DNA of 63,795 nucleotides, filler included, from Octopus bimaculoides (taxonomy: Eukaryota), in the NCBI RefSeq assembly GCF_001194135.2. It is 6 parts of 6 records of this genome, joined end to end, with 100 filler letters (N's around TTAATTAATTAA, not from the genome) between each part and the next. Parts side by side here need not be neighbours in the genome. Positions count along the whole stretch, not along the records: positions 1 to 9,164 come from NC_069004.1; positions 9,265 to 17,648 come from NC_069005.1; 4 more parts are not named here. The stretch is one strand, 5' to 3'. The position numbers and the translations under genes were made by a program. Of the stretch, positions 1 through 11,102 are shown piece after piece. The stretch's first letter is position 1. Every line of letters begins with the position of its first letter. Below the pieces are notes generated by a model that saw only the letters and a program-made list of their open reading frames with translations, had not been told where the DNA came from and did no database searches.

Positions 1-33
<33 letters not shown>

Positions 34-81
34 ATATATATATATATATATATATCTATCTATATATATATATATATCCAT

Positions 82-112
<31 letters not shown>

Positions 113-226
113 GTAGAAGACAAATAAGAAAATGGAGAGGTTAATCAATCAACAAACATCAGCCTGTAAACATTCATTTGGATCTATTTATTAATTAATT
201 ACAATTGTATGTATAAGTAATCAGAA

Positions 227-1193
227 GACGATACAAAAGTCTCACAGAAAATACAGAACCCCAGCAATGTTGCACACCTGCAGCAGGAGTTGGACTCAAT
301 TTACAGATGGGCTGAGGATAATAATATGCAGTTTAATTCTGAAAAATTCCAATCTCTGCACTACCAGCATCCAAAACTGAATATAAAACTTACAGAGTAC
401 ACTAATCCACAGAGGATTACAATCTCAGAGCCTAAATCAGTGAGGGACCTGAGTATCAACATGAGTGATGATACCTCTTTCCAAGTGCACATTACCAGGA
501 TGGCGATAAAGTGCAGACAACTGGCTGGATGGATCCTGAGAACATTCAGAACCAGAGAAAAGGAAACCATGATGGTCCTCTGGAGGACATTCATCCTCAT
601 CTGCCTGGATTACTGCTCTCAGCTATGTTCACCCAACAGTGTAAAATTAACTATGGACCTTGAAGCAATCCAGCAAAGCTTCACAAAGAAGATTGTCTCA
701 TTGCAACAGCTCAGTTACTGGGAAAGGCTGAAACAGCTAAGACTCTACTCCCTGGAGCAAAGCCAGGAGAGGTATGCAGCAATATATATCTAGAAGATCC
801 TGGAAGGAATTGTGCCAAATTTTGGCATTGAAAGCTACACCAATGCCAGAACAGGTCGACACTGCACAATACCAAAGATCTCAGCAATGCCATCATGCTT
901 CAGGACCAGTTACTGCAACAGCCTGGGTTTCAGGGGCCCACAGCTTTTTAATATTCTTCTAAAGAGCCTGAGGGACATACAGAAAGTGGGTGTAGGTGTT
1001 TTCAGATCAAAACTGGACCTCTTTCTTTCAAGAGTCCGAGATGAGCCTACCTCACAGCAAGAGGTGCAAATGAGGGTAGCGACATCGAACTCCATTCTTC
1101 ACCAAGTGCCACATGTTAGAGGAGGCTCTCAGTAATAACAGTGCTGCAAAACGGCGGTGCCCCAGCATGGCCACAGCCCTGAGCTGAAACTAC

Positions 1194-1200
<7 letters not shown>
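227..1200 (+). mobile_element. CR1-type LINE, 3' fragment (RT C-terminal part, 3' UTR and A-rich tail)
   Basis: One frame runs from 227 (DDTKVSQKIQ...WAEDNNMQFNSEKFQ...LDYCSQLCSP...SYWERLKQLRLYSLE) to the stop at 1133-1135, with a single premature TAG at 791-793 where the related copy (7346-7348) has TGG. 5'-truncated at the RT DD motif. Ends GGCGGTGCCCCAGCATGGCCACAGCCCTGAGCTGAAAC plus an A run. Confidence 0.9.
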
Positions 1201-1232
<32 letters not shown>

Positions 1233-2903
1233 CTAGCTGAATATCCTGGCATTGCTCTGGTTACTGCTGTTCTTCAGATTAGTAAACAATGAATATTAAG
1301 ATATTTTCTCATAATTATTTCAAAATATCTACATTTTATTAAAAAAAACATCAAAATTGTAATGATAATACAATTTAGAACTGAATATCTGTCAATCGTG
1401 AAGCACCTCAGGGTAAACAATATTCATTGTGTAATTTTTTGTTGTAGTTGAAATGAATAAATTGTTGCTGCTTTCAACTCACAAGCAAGCAACATAAAGC
1501 TGGCCATGGGAGAAGCATGTAGTAAAGAGATCAAGTGCAACTACTTTGAAGAATTGACTGTGAGATTTGTTAAATGAAATACCAAAACTTAGTTTGAATG
1601 GAAATTGAAGTGTCTTAAATCCAAATGGAACATCCATAGGTATGAGAGGAATTTTTGGAATAAAGACATTTTCCCCCTTTGTGACTACCTCTTATGATTG
1701 TTGCCTGGAAGTAACAATTAAGCGAGTTCCATTACACAGGTGAGATGCATCAAGATTCCTAAGGAACATAATGGATGCACCCAGTTTTAGTGTCAAGTTC
1801 TGCAGTGGTATCCCAGTGGGTTTTAGTGCGTTTGGAAATTCAACAGGGTATTGAACAACCTGATCTTGATCAACTATTGTCAATTGATCGAAAAGTCATT
1901 TCTGATGTATGTGTTAACTTTTGAAGAATTTCATGATTGAGATTATCAACCATTTCATTAATTGGAGCTAGTATAGCTCTTTTACATAGCCAGTTTACAT
2001 CAGTGTAATTGACAGATAAATTAGGATATACTAATTTGACCACATGTAATTTCATGTAGCTGAATGTTAATATCCCATTACCAATTTTAAGAAGCTTGTA
2101 TGGTCACCCTGTAGAAATACTCTGATGTTGCTTGTGAGATGAAATTTTGTCACATGTATCCAAAGGTATGGTTATTTTAAGCATACATTGATTTTAGCTT
2201 TTGATCCTTTGGGGATAACTGGCAATGCTTGATGAAAATCTCCTGCATGAAGAACTGTTACTCCTCCACATGAGCGCACTATTGTTTTTTTATGCCTTGG
2301 AGGGTACAGTCAAGTACCTCTGGAGTTTCACAATCTGACAGTGAACTCATCCCAAACAATGAGGCAAGTTTCTTGGAGAACTGTTGCCATTGCAGAGTTT
2401 TGGGAAATGTTGCGCATTTGAGATTCTTTCATTGAAAGGTTTAGAGGGAGCTTGAACATGGAATGAGCAGTTCTTCCCCCATGGAGGAGGGTAGCTGCAA
2501 TACCAGAAGATGCAACACTGGAAGAAGGTTAGATATTATTTTCTCCCATTTAGTGACAAAAAGATCTGGTTTTCCATATGTCCTGACACATGTCATAACG
2601 TTTTGTGTTCTTTCATGCATATATTGAGGACCACCTGTGAATGATGATGGGAGGATTATAAGTTGCCCCATGTTTTGAATATTACTATCTGTTCTCAGAG
2701 CATCTTGGAGATGAACATAATTTTTAGCCCTTAACTTTTTTTGATTATTATGAATGTAGAAGAGATGCTGACTCACAACTTTAACATACATATCAACCAA
2801 GTATTGCTGAAGTAGATCACAATGCATGTGTAATTGATTAGATGGTTCTGGTCTTGACATCAGTTGGTAAGAATAGAAGTCATTTGACAACACCTTTTTG
2901 TTT
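1233..2903 (-). mobile_element. Helitron, internally deleted Rep-helicase pseudogene with intact 3' terminus
   Basis: Minus-strand peptides: Rep N-part (QQYLVDMYVKV, LIILPSSFTGGPQYMHERTQ, YGKPDLFVT); Pif1 motifs (AGDFHQALPVIP, RAILAPINEMV, MFLRNLDASHLCNGTRLIV, KSHSQ...CFSHGQLYVAC). The 3' end reads CCAGAGCAATGCCAGG...CTAG|T on the minus strand, with CTAG at 1233-1236. Confidence 0.9.
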
Positions 2904-3027
2904 GAATGAGAACCCAGGTTTGAAATTTCCCTAAGACACCTGATGAAGGCTGGAGGGTATATCAGCCGAAACGTTGTGTTAACAACAAACAAGATGAGGA
3001 CAAATATCCGTCGAATGTAAATAATGT
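2904..3027 (+). mobile_element. 5'-truncated copy of the tRNA-head/hammerhead SINE-like element
   Basis: Matches the 3' half of 48741-48978 (+) and 51111-51377 (-): GAGAACCCAGGTT.GAAATTTCCC.AAG...CTGATGAAGGCTGGAGGGTATATCAGCCGAAACGTTGTGTTAACAACAAACAAGATGAGGACAAATATC. Confidence 0.8.
2935..2980 (+). ncRNA. Minimal type I hammerhead ribozyme motif
   Basis: Stem I GACAC(2935-39)/GTGTT(2976-80); core CTGATGA 2940-46; extra A; stem II GGCTG/CAGCC with a 10-nt loop; GAA 2968-70; palindromic ACGT stem III; predicted cleavage GUU after 2975. Confidence 0.7.
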
Positions 3028-3355
3028 TAAAAAATGATTTATTATTTTACAATTTTTAAATGAACGCTGTGTGTACAAAAGAATATGTAGCTGTTCTGAA
3101 CATTAATTAATTTAAAACATTTGCTGAAGGATGTATGTAGCAAGACATAAATTAATTTGATATCACTTCCTACATATTTTAACTGTGTAAGGTTATATAC
3201 TGTAGAATAAATACTGACTAATGCAGGAAAAAGGTTGCACAGCATTGAATACACACATTAATAAAGCAGCATAGCAGGAATACAATAAGGATGCTAGGAA
3301 TGTTAAAAAAGCATTATCTTCAAACTGGTTACACATATATATATACATATATATA

Positions 3356-3676
3356 TCATCATCATCATCATCATCATCGTTTAACGTCCGCTTTCCATGC
3401 TAGCATGGGTTGGACGATTTGACTGAGGACTGGTGAAACCGGATGGCAACACCAGGCTCCAATCTAATTTGGCAGAGTTTCTACAGCTGGATGCCCTTCC
3501 TAACGCCAACCACTCAGAGAGTGTAGTGGGTGCTTTTACGTGTCACCCGCACGAAAACGGCCACGCTCGAAATGGTGTCTTTTATGTGCCACCCGCACAA
3601 GCCAGTCCAGGGGCACTGGCAACGATCTCGCTCGAAAATCCTACGGGAGCCAGTCAGGTGGTACTGGCAACGGCCA
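3356..3676 (-). mobile_element. Non-autonomous retroelement/SINE with RTE-like (GAT)n tail, 5'-truncated
   Basis: Minus strand ends ...GGTTGGCGTTAGGAAGGGCATCCAGC...GGACGTTAAAC(GAT)n. The first ~190 nt differ at about 2 positions from 7603-7885. Inserted in a (TA)n tract. Confidence 0.8.
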
Positions 3677-3700
3677 TACACACATATATATATTTACATA

Positions 3701-3790
3701 CAGGGGATGGACAAAATAATGGAAACACCTAGCATCATATCATAATTTTGAAATATCTATAAAATCATCAAAAGCTTGTTTATTTTTATG
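3701..3790 (+). mobile_element. Tc1-like left terminus fragment
   Basis: TA|CAGGGGATGGACAAAATAATGGAAACAC resembles Tc1-family TIR starts; no partner TIR seen. Confidence 0.4.
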
Positions 3791-3899
3791 CTTTTTTATT
3801 TATAATTAGTGTTGCTTAATATGTTTTGCTAAAATTGCTGGGGGGGGGGTTGTGATATCATCAGAAAAAGGTAATTAAAATTCATTAATATGACAGATC

Positions 3900-4311
3900 A
3901 GAAATTTTATATTTGCCTTTGAATTTTGCAAAATTCATGAATTGAATTTTGTAAATCTCTGAAGAGGCCTAGTGAATCATGCATGTACCCCATTGCATCC
4001 TTTTCATCTACCAATCACACCAGCGTACTGGAGCTATATAAATAGAATGGGGCATGCCAACGCTAGGCCGAAACAGCTGTAAGATTTTGTCCCTTCTTTG
4101 GTTGCTAGATGTCCTTTTAAATTTGAAATTTTAATTGTTGATATGACATAGTATGTCATAAGTGTCTGTATATTGTCTTTATTGTCCTTTTGTTTGTAAA
4201 ATAAACGGATTAATCAACAGAGTACAGTGTCTGCAAGTTGATGAGTACTTCATATTCCCCTCCATTCTCTTATTGCTATATAAATTTAGGGTAAAAACCC
4301 CCTTTTACTCG
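3900..4311 (+). mobile_element. Probable Penelope-like element terminal repeat (pLTR) carrying the HHR
   Basis: Contains the HHR. 4225-4311 is homologous to 23320-23400 (-), and the HHR 3' half recurs at 23543-23560 (-). The association of HHRs with PLE pLTRs is established knowledge; assigning this copy is inference. Confidence 0.5.
3953..4087 (+). ncRNA. Type I hammerhead ribozyme motif with extended stem II
   Basis: Stem I AAATCT(3953-58)/AGATTT(4082-87); core CTGAAGA 3959-65; stem II GGCCTAGTG(3966-74)/CGCTAGGCC(4061-69); GAA 4070-72; palindromic stem III ACAGCTGT 4073-80; predicted cleavage GUA after 4081. Confidence 0.8.
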
Positions 4312-4699
4312 NNNNNNNNNNNNNNNNNNNNNNNNNNNNNNNNNNNNNNNNNNNNNNNNNNNNNNNNNNNNNNNNNNNNNNNNNNNNNNNNNNNNNNNNN
4401 NNNNNNNNNNNNNNNNNNNNNNNNNNNNNNNNNNNNNNNNNNNNNNNNNNNNNNNNNNNNNNNNNNNNNNNNNNNNNNNNNNNNNNNNNNNNNNNNNNNN
4501 NNNNNNNNNNNNNNNNNNNNNNNNNNNNNNNNNNNNNNNNNNNNNNNNNNNNNNNNNNNNNNNNNNNNNNNNNNNNNNNNNNNNNTATATATATATAACT
4601 GCAGCTATTGACCAACAGTCTTTTTTGAACATGGCCCAGAAGATAGTGCAGCAGCTGACACAGATGCACAGGATGCAAACTCAAGCTTATGCATATCTC

Positions 4700-5828
4700 C
4701 GCACAAGACTGCCTCAGGTGACAGGCCCAGGATGACCACCACTAACACCTACCTAGATATCACACCCATATTTCTATTGAACATTGGAGGTTTGCTAAAA
4801 ATCAGCAACAGAGATAAAATTCTCTATCTAAAAGAGCTTGCTTCATGCAATCACGTAATATACATGGCACTCACTGAAACACATCTAACCCCTAATGTAA
4901 CAGATGTGGAAGTACACATATCAGGGTATACTGTATTTCTTACAGACAGAAGAGAAAGAAGGCACAGTGGAGTTGCTATGTACATCTGTGAAGATGCCAC
5001 ATCTCTTGTATTTCTGTCACATTCAAACTCAGTTTGTGATCCTTAATAATACATATAAAACAAGTTGATGTAGTTGTATGCACAATATATCATCTGTGTA
5101 ATACCATGAAATATGATAGCAAATTTGAGGATAGCCTCATCCACATAGAAGAGGTATTGACAAACCTAGATCAGCACATCAATATACTTCTCCTGGGTGA
5201 TTTCAAGCTCCCAAATGTTAAATGGCTGGAAGGCCACATCCTCTCTGGGATGTCATTGCATGAACAAAAGCACGTAGAGTCATTACTGGAACTCTCTAAA
5301 ATGCTGTTCATGGAACAAGTGATACTCATGCCAAACAAGGGAAACATCTTGGACCTGTTCTTCACAAATAATGTGGACATTATCCATAATGTGAAGGTCA
5401 TGCTAACAGCACTCTCATGATCACAACATTGTGGAACTAAGTATGTATGATCCGAAGCAAACTGCTGATATCTCTCCTATCAGGAAGACTCAAGCCATAT
5501 CCAGCCTGAATTTCAATAAAGCAAAATGGGAATCAATCTGCAAAGAGATCCATGAACGAAACTGGTCCAACATCTTATGTATGCAAGACATTGACTTGAA
5601 ACTCAGTCATTTATGTCAACAATGCAAACTATATGCACTAAACACACCATGGAAAGAAAGGCCAGCATACCAACAAACAAGATTCCTAGGGACAGAAAAA
5701 TCCTTATGAGATGCAGATCAAAGGTCTCAAACCAGTTGAATAGACAACTGAAGAATAGGGAGAAGTCTATTTTAATACAGACAGTCCTAGAAATCGAAAG
5801 CAAGATCAAACTCTCTCATGAAAAGGAA

Positions 5829-5872
<44 letters not shown>

Positions 5873-7585
5873 AGTTGTGAAAAGCATAAAAATAAACCCT
5901 AAAACTTTCTATAAATTTGCAAAAGAAACAGCCACAATATAAAATAGGACCATTGTTCCAAGTGAATGACTCACCAACTGCGGATCCAGAAAGGATAAGT
6001 GAGGTACTCAGTGAGCAATTTAAAAGTGTCTTCATTTCCTCCTTGGACACATGCAGATAAAGAACCCAGCTGAATTCTTTAATATTGCAGTTCTAAAAAG
6101 GAGGTGGCAACCATCAATTACATCAACATTGAAGAGACAGATGTAACAGCGGCCATAGATGAAATGAGTTCAAGCTCCGCAACTGGTCCTGATGGCTTCC
6201 CAGCTATTCTCCTGAAGTCATGTAAGCAGGATTTCACAAAACCACCTCAGATATTTTCCAAAGTTTCCTTGCAAGTGGTAAAATTCCTAAAAAACTAAAA
6301 GAAGGCATTATATGACCTATCGCCAAAGGTGGAAGCAGAGCAGAGGTCAAAAACTACAGGTCAATCTCTCAGACTTCAAATATCAGTAAATTCGTGGAGC
6401 AAATCATCAGAAAGGTGATAATGTTTCTAGAAGAAAATAACCTGCTGAATAATACACAGCATAGCTTTCATCCAGGAAGAAGCTGCCTCACACAGCTCCT
6501 ACAGCATTATGACTGGGTTTTGAAACAGCTGCTTGACCACTCAGATGTCAGCATGATATCCCTTGACTTTGCATTTGATAAGGTAGATCATGGCATGATA
6601 TGTCATAAGCTGTGAGACATTTGCATTGCTGGTAAACAGGGAGAGTGGCTGCAATACCTCCTTAGAGACAAAAACCAGGCAGTTGCAGCCAATGATGAAA
6701 CTCAAATCCTAAGTGGCGTCCCCCCAGGGAACCTTTCTGGGGCCATTACTGTTCACAATAGCCCTCTTAGACATGCCCATAGTCACTCAGAGAGCCACTG
6801 TCACTAGCTACACTGACGATACAAAATTATTACAGGCAATAAAAAATCAAGACGATGTTGGAAGCTTACAGTGGGACCTGAATTCAATATGCAAGTGGGC
6901 TGAAGTAAACAACATGCAATTTAATAATGGAAAATTTCAAGCACTGTACTATCAACTCATAAATGCACTATAACCTGCTTATACAGGACCCGAAGGAACT
7001 GCAATCCCAGAGTCACAGGCAGTGAAAAACTTGGGGTCAGTATGTGCAAGATGGTAGCTAAGTACAGACGACTGGTAGGATGGACACTAGGGTCCTTCAA
7101 GACAAGAGACCTTATGGAGAACCTTTGTTGACCCAATGGAGAACCTTTGTTCTCAGCTGCCTGGACTACTGCTCCCAATTATGGTCACCGCATTGTGTCA
7201 AACTAACAGTGGAGCTTGAAACAGTCCAATGCCAACACACTAAAAGATTGAAACAGTGCAGTGGATGAGCTACAGGGTTAGGCTGAAACAGCTTCAACTT
7301 TACTCCCTGGAGTGAAGGCGTGACAGATATGTAATAATCTGCATATGGAAAACTCTTGAAGGGCTAATACCTAATTTCAGCATTGAGTGTTATACAAATG
7401 CCAGAACTGGCTACCATTGTATTGTACCAAAGGTATCATCCACTCCATCTAAATTCAGGACTAGGTACTGCAATAGCCTAGGGTTCAAAGGCCCACAGCT
7501 CTTCAATGCCCTGCCACAGAAATTAAGAAATCTGCATAAGGTGGAAGTAGATATCTTCAAAAAGGAACTAGACATCCTCCTCTAG
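4700..7585 (+). mobile_element. CR1-type LINE, degraded APE+RT ORF, 3'-truncated
   Basis: APE motifs (LNIGGL, ALTETHL, DRRERRHSGVAMYI, LLGDFKLP, NILDLFFTN) and RT motifs (ATGPDG, QHSFHPGRSCLTQLL, DKVDHG, PQGTFLGPLLF, YTDDTKL, FNNGKFQ, LDYCSQLWSP). Many stops and frameshifts. Same family as 227-1200. Confidence 0.9.
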
Positions 7586-7602
7586 ACATGCATATCTATA
7601 TA

Positions 7603-7885
7603 TCATCATCATCATCATCATCGTTTAACGTCCGCTTTCCATGCTAGCATGGGTTGGACGATTTGACTGAGGACTGGTGAAACCGGATGGCAACACCAGG
7701 CTCCAATCTGATTTGGCAGAGTTTCTACAGCTGGATGCCCTTCCTAACGCCAACCACTCAGAGTGTGTAGTGGGTGCTTTTACGTGTCACCCGCACAAAG
7801 GCCAGTCAGGCGGTTCTGGCAACGGCCACGCTCAAAATGGTGTATTTTATGTGCCACCTGCACAAGAGCCAGTCCAGCGGCACTG
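7603..7885 (-). mobile_element. Second copy of the RTE-tailed (GAT)n element
   Basis: Near-identical to 3356-3676; sits at the truncated 3' end of the CR1 LINE. Confidence 0.8.
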
Positions 7886-7926
7886 CTGCATATATATATA
7901 TATATCTATATATATATATGCATAAG

Positions 7927-8361
7927 TGGCTGAGTTCCTTTTGAGGGTTTGGGCCGCACAGAGGCAAAGTGGCTGAGTTTCTTTCAAGTGTTGGGCCTCA
8001 TGAATGTAATGACCAAGAACTTTGGCATTGTGTTGTGCTTGAGAAGAAGATCCATCAAGCTGAGCAAAATTGCAGTCATGGCAGATACCTTGTCATGCAA
8101 ATTGGCACCAGTGCTGATGGCATGTAAAAGCACCCTAGTGTCATGCAAATGGCACCTGTGCCAGTGGCACATAAAAGCACCCATTACACTCTTGGAGTGG
8201 TTGGTGTTAGGAAGGGTATCCAGCCATAGAAAACCATGCCAAATCAGACTGGAGTCTGGTGCAGCCTTCCAGCATGCCAACCCGGTCAAACCATCCAACC
8301 CATGCCAGCATGGACAACGGATATTAAATGATGATGATGATGATGATGATGATGGTGATGA
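7927..8361 (+). mobile_element. Older, diverged member of the RTE-tailed (GAT)n family
   Basis: GTGGTTGGTGTTAGGAAGGGTATCCAGCC...AACCCATGCCAGCATGGA...TTAAA(TGA)n; head-to-head with 7603-7885. Confidence 0.7.
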
Positions 8362-8675
8362 TTATAACACAAGAAGATCCATTTCATCAGGATTAAGATG
8401 AGGGTGGAGGAGGCTTAAACATCAAGAAAGATAGCTGGAGTACTATATAAATGTATTAAAGTTAATCTCTAACTATGCTGTTCATGAAATTTACAACTTT
8501 GTGCATGATGTGTGAAATGAGGACAAGAAAGAAGCTTGATTAAACAATTACTCTAATATCAATAAAACCCCATTTTTATTGCATTTAATCAAATGTTTTT
8601 TATTGAATGTATACTTTCCTGTACCATAAAATAAAATTACAATATTTTTTATGTTCATCTCTGTATAATATATAA

Positions 8676-8722
<47 letters not shown>

Positions 8723-8859
8723 TGTGTGGGGAGGTTGAATTATATTTCATCCTTTACTTTGGAGGGTTCCAAAGGGCAATTTCTAACAAAGATTCTTCAT
8801 ATTTTGCTGGTAGCTTACTGGCATAAGATTTTTGCGAATATGAAATCATTAAACGCATA

Positions 8860-9055
8860 TTGTGTGTTATAAGAATTTATGGAAAGGTATCCCATAGAGA
8901 CTCAACAAGTATGTTAAAAAATGGAGAAGAGAAGATGTTAAAATTTAAAAGAATTTTAAAATTCTTTTAAATTTTAACATCTTCTCTTCTCCATTTTTTA
9001 ACATACTTGTTGAGTCTCTATGGGATACCTTTCCATAAATTCTCATAACACACAA
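8860..9055. repeat. Spacerless palindrome, 98-bp arms
   Basis: Centre between 8957 and 8958 (GAATTTT|AAAATTC); arms complementary except one mismatch near the outer end. Confidence 0.9.
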
Positions 9056-9080
9056 CACACAATATATATACATGTATCTA

Positions 9081-9120
<40 letters not shown>

Positions 9121-9164
9121 CATAGATATATGTATATGGATATATATATATATATATATATATA

Positions 9165-9264
9165 NNNNNNNNNNNNNNNNNNNNNNNNNNNNNNNNNNNN
9201 NNNNNNNNTTAATTAATTAANNNNNNNNNNNNNNNNNNNNNNNNNNNNNNNNNNNNNNNNNNNN
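9165..9264. other. Artificial 100-bp assembly spacer N44-TTAATTAATTAA-N44
   Basis: Identical construct at 9165-9264, 17649-17748, 35023-35122, 60228-60327 and 62531-62630; TTAATTAATTAA places stops in all six frames. Confidence 0.95.
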
Positions 9265-9778
9265 ATATATATATATATATATATATACATATATATACAT
9301 GTATGCAAGTATGTATACATATATACACATATATACAGATATATATCTATATATATACATATAAATATGTATGTTTGTGTGTGTGTGTGTGTGTGTGTGA
9401 ATGTGGGTGGGCTAGTGAAATTTACTGCCCCTCTCTCTACTTATTAATGCGTAGAGATAATACGTATTGCATCCTTATAATTCCTTAAAACGTTTAAAAT
9501 TATCTTCATTTTATTAAATATAGCAATTTGTCATCCAGCACCGCTTTTTCGAGACCCCCACCCAATCAGCCCACGTTATGAGAAGCAGTATTAAATACCC
9601 AACCAGTCCGCTGCTGCTGTTGTTGTTGTTGTTTTTGTTGTTGCTGCTACTGTTGCTGTTGATGTTGTTATTGATTGTGTAGACATATGCGCAAAGGCAT
9701 TCAAACCGCAGCCATTTTGTATTTTCTTGTCGAAACCTAATGTATCTAAGGCTACATTATCCAATGCATCTTGAGGCC

Positions 9779-10208
9779 GTTGGCACTCCGTCGGTTACGA
9801 CGACGAGGGTTCCAGTTAATCCATTCAACAGAATAGCCTGCTCGTGAAATTAATGTGCAAGTGGCTGAGCACTCCACAGACACGTGTACCCTTAACATAG
9901 TTCTTGGGGGAGATTCAGCGTGACACAGAGTGTGACAAGGCTGACCCCTTTGAAATACAAGTACAACAGAAAGGAGAAGAAAGAGTGAGAGAAAGTTGTG
10001 GTGAAAGTGTACAGCAGGGTTCGCCACCAACCCGTGCCGGAGCCTCGTGGAGCTTTAGGTGTTTTCGNNNNNNNNNNCCGTGCCGGAGCCTCGTGGAGCT
10101 TTAGGTGTTTTCGTTCAATAAACACTCACAACGCCCGGTCTGTGAATCGAAACCACGATCCTATGACCGTGAATCCGCTGCCCTAATGACTGGGCCATTG
10201 CGCCTCCA
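9779..10208 (-). mobile_element. tRNA-derived SINE (family B, CAA-type tail) with 12-bp TSD
   Basis: Minus-strand head GTGGAGGCGCAATGGCCCAGT...GGTTTCGATTC (A and B boxes); TSD CATCTTGAGGCC at 9767-9778 and 10209-10220. A 36-bp duplication across the 10-N gap is an assembly artefact. Confidence 0.85.
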
Positions 10209-11056
10209 CATCTTGAGGCCAAATAGCATTGAAAACAACAACAAAAACAAAAGCGTACAGCAAAAAGCCTCATCGGTGATTTAAACTTTATCCTTCAAAG
10301 GGACGGCATTGTTTGAGATTGAAAAAGAGCGAACAGATGTTTTAAGACTGCGAGATATAATTTGAGGGAAATTTGGCTGCTATTGCGAACAAAGCTAATG
10401 TACTAACAGGCCTTAACAACGTATCGTAATTCTGGCTATTAAGGTCGAAGGTACATATAGAAGGCAATCACCAATATTTAGTCAATATGTCAGCTACATC
10501 ATGTCAAAACGGAACATCGCTCTCTAGAGAGGAGGTAATAAAATTCCACCATTGTTCTCTCTAGCTTCGGCATCACTACTAACATGCGTGGTTTCTGAAG
10601 CCATCATAGAAACCTGGTGAATCAAAGATCCGAATAATTAGAATTTAGGATGGTTTTATGAGGCAATGACGGAGTTTCTATGTGATCACATTCTACTCTC
10701 TAGTTCAATGATATGGGTGTTGGAGTGATGTGTCCGTGTGAGTGTGCATGTGTGTGTGTGTATGTACGTGCATGTGTATGTGTGCGTGCGTGCGTGTGCG
10801 TGTGTGTGCGTGTGTGTGTGTGTGTGTGTTTGTGTTTGGTTTACAGGTTATGTTCAGTGTATTCTGGTTTTAGGTGTACCTGGTGTTTTTGTTCTGGAGA
10901 ATCAATACCGTTTCTACGGTTAACTCAAAGCTCCAACCCACTACAACGGATCAGTCAAGTCTCCTTCGCAATAGCAACACAGACTCTGTGGAAGATGGCG
11001 GTGTTCTCTATTGGTGACCATCACGCACGCAACCGCACACACACATACACACACAT

Positions 11057-11102
<46 letters not shown>

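Noticed and set aside
3423-3445. CTGAGGA...GAAAC resembling a hammerhead core
   Set aside because: Only 5 nt separate the motifs, no stem II can form, and no stem III/UH follows.
3433-3732. Duplicated ORF MKPDGNTRLQS... (also 7677-7925)
   Set aside because: It is an antisense reading of the RTE-tailed repeat, not a gene.
9209-9220. Recurrent TTAATTAATTAA as a regulatory or CRISPR-like repeat
   Set aside because: It is always centred in exactly 44+44 Ns, so it is an artificial six-frame-stop spacer.
10992-11001. YY1-type AAGATGGCGG plus ATTGG as a promoter
   Set aside because: Isolated short motifs between microsatellites and SINEs with no linked exon; similar AGATGGC motifs occur in DNA transposon ends in this window.
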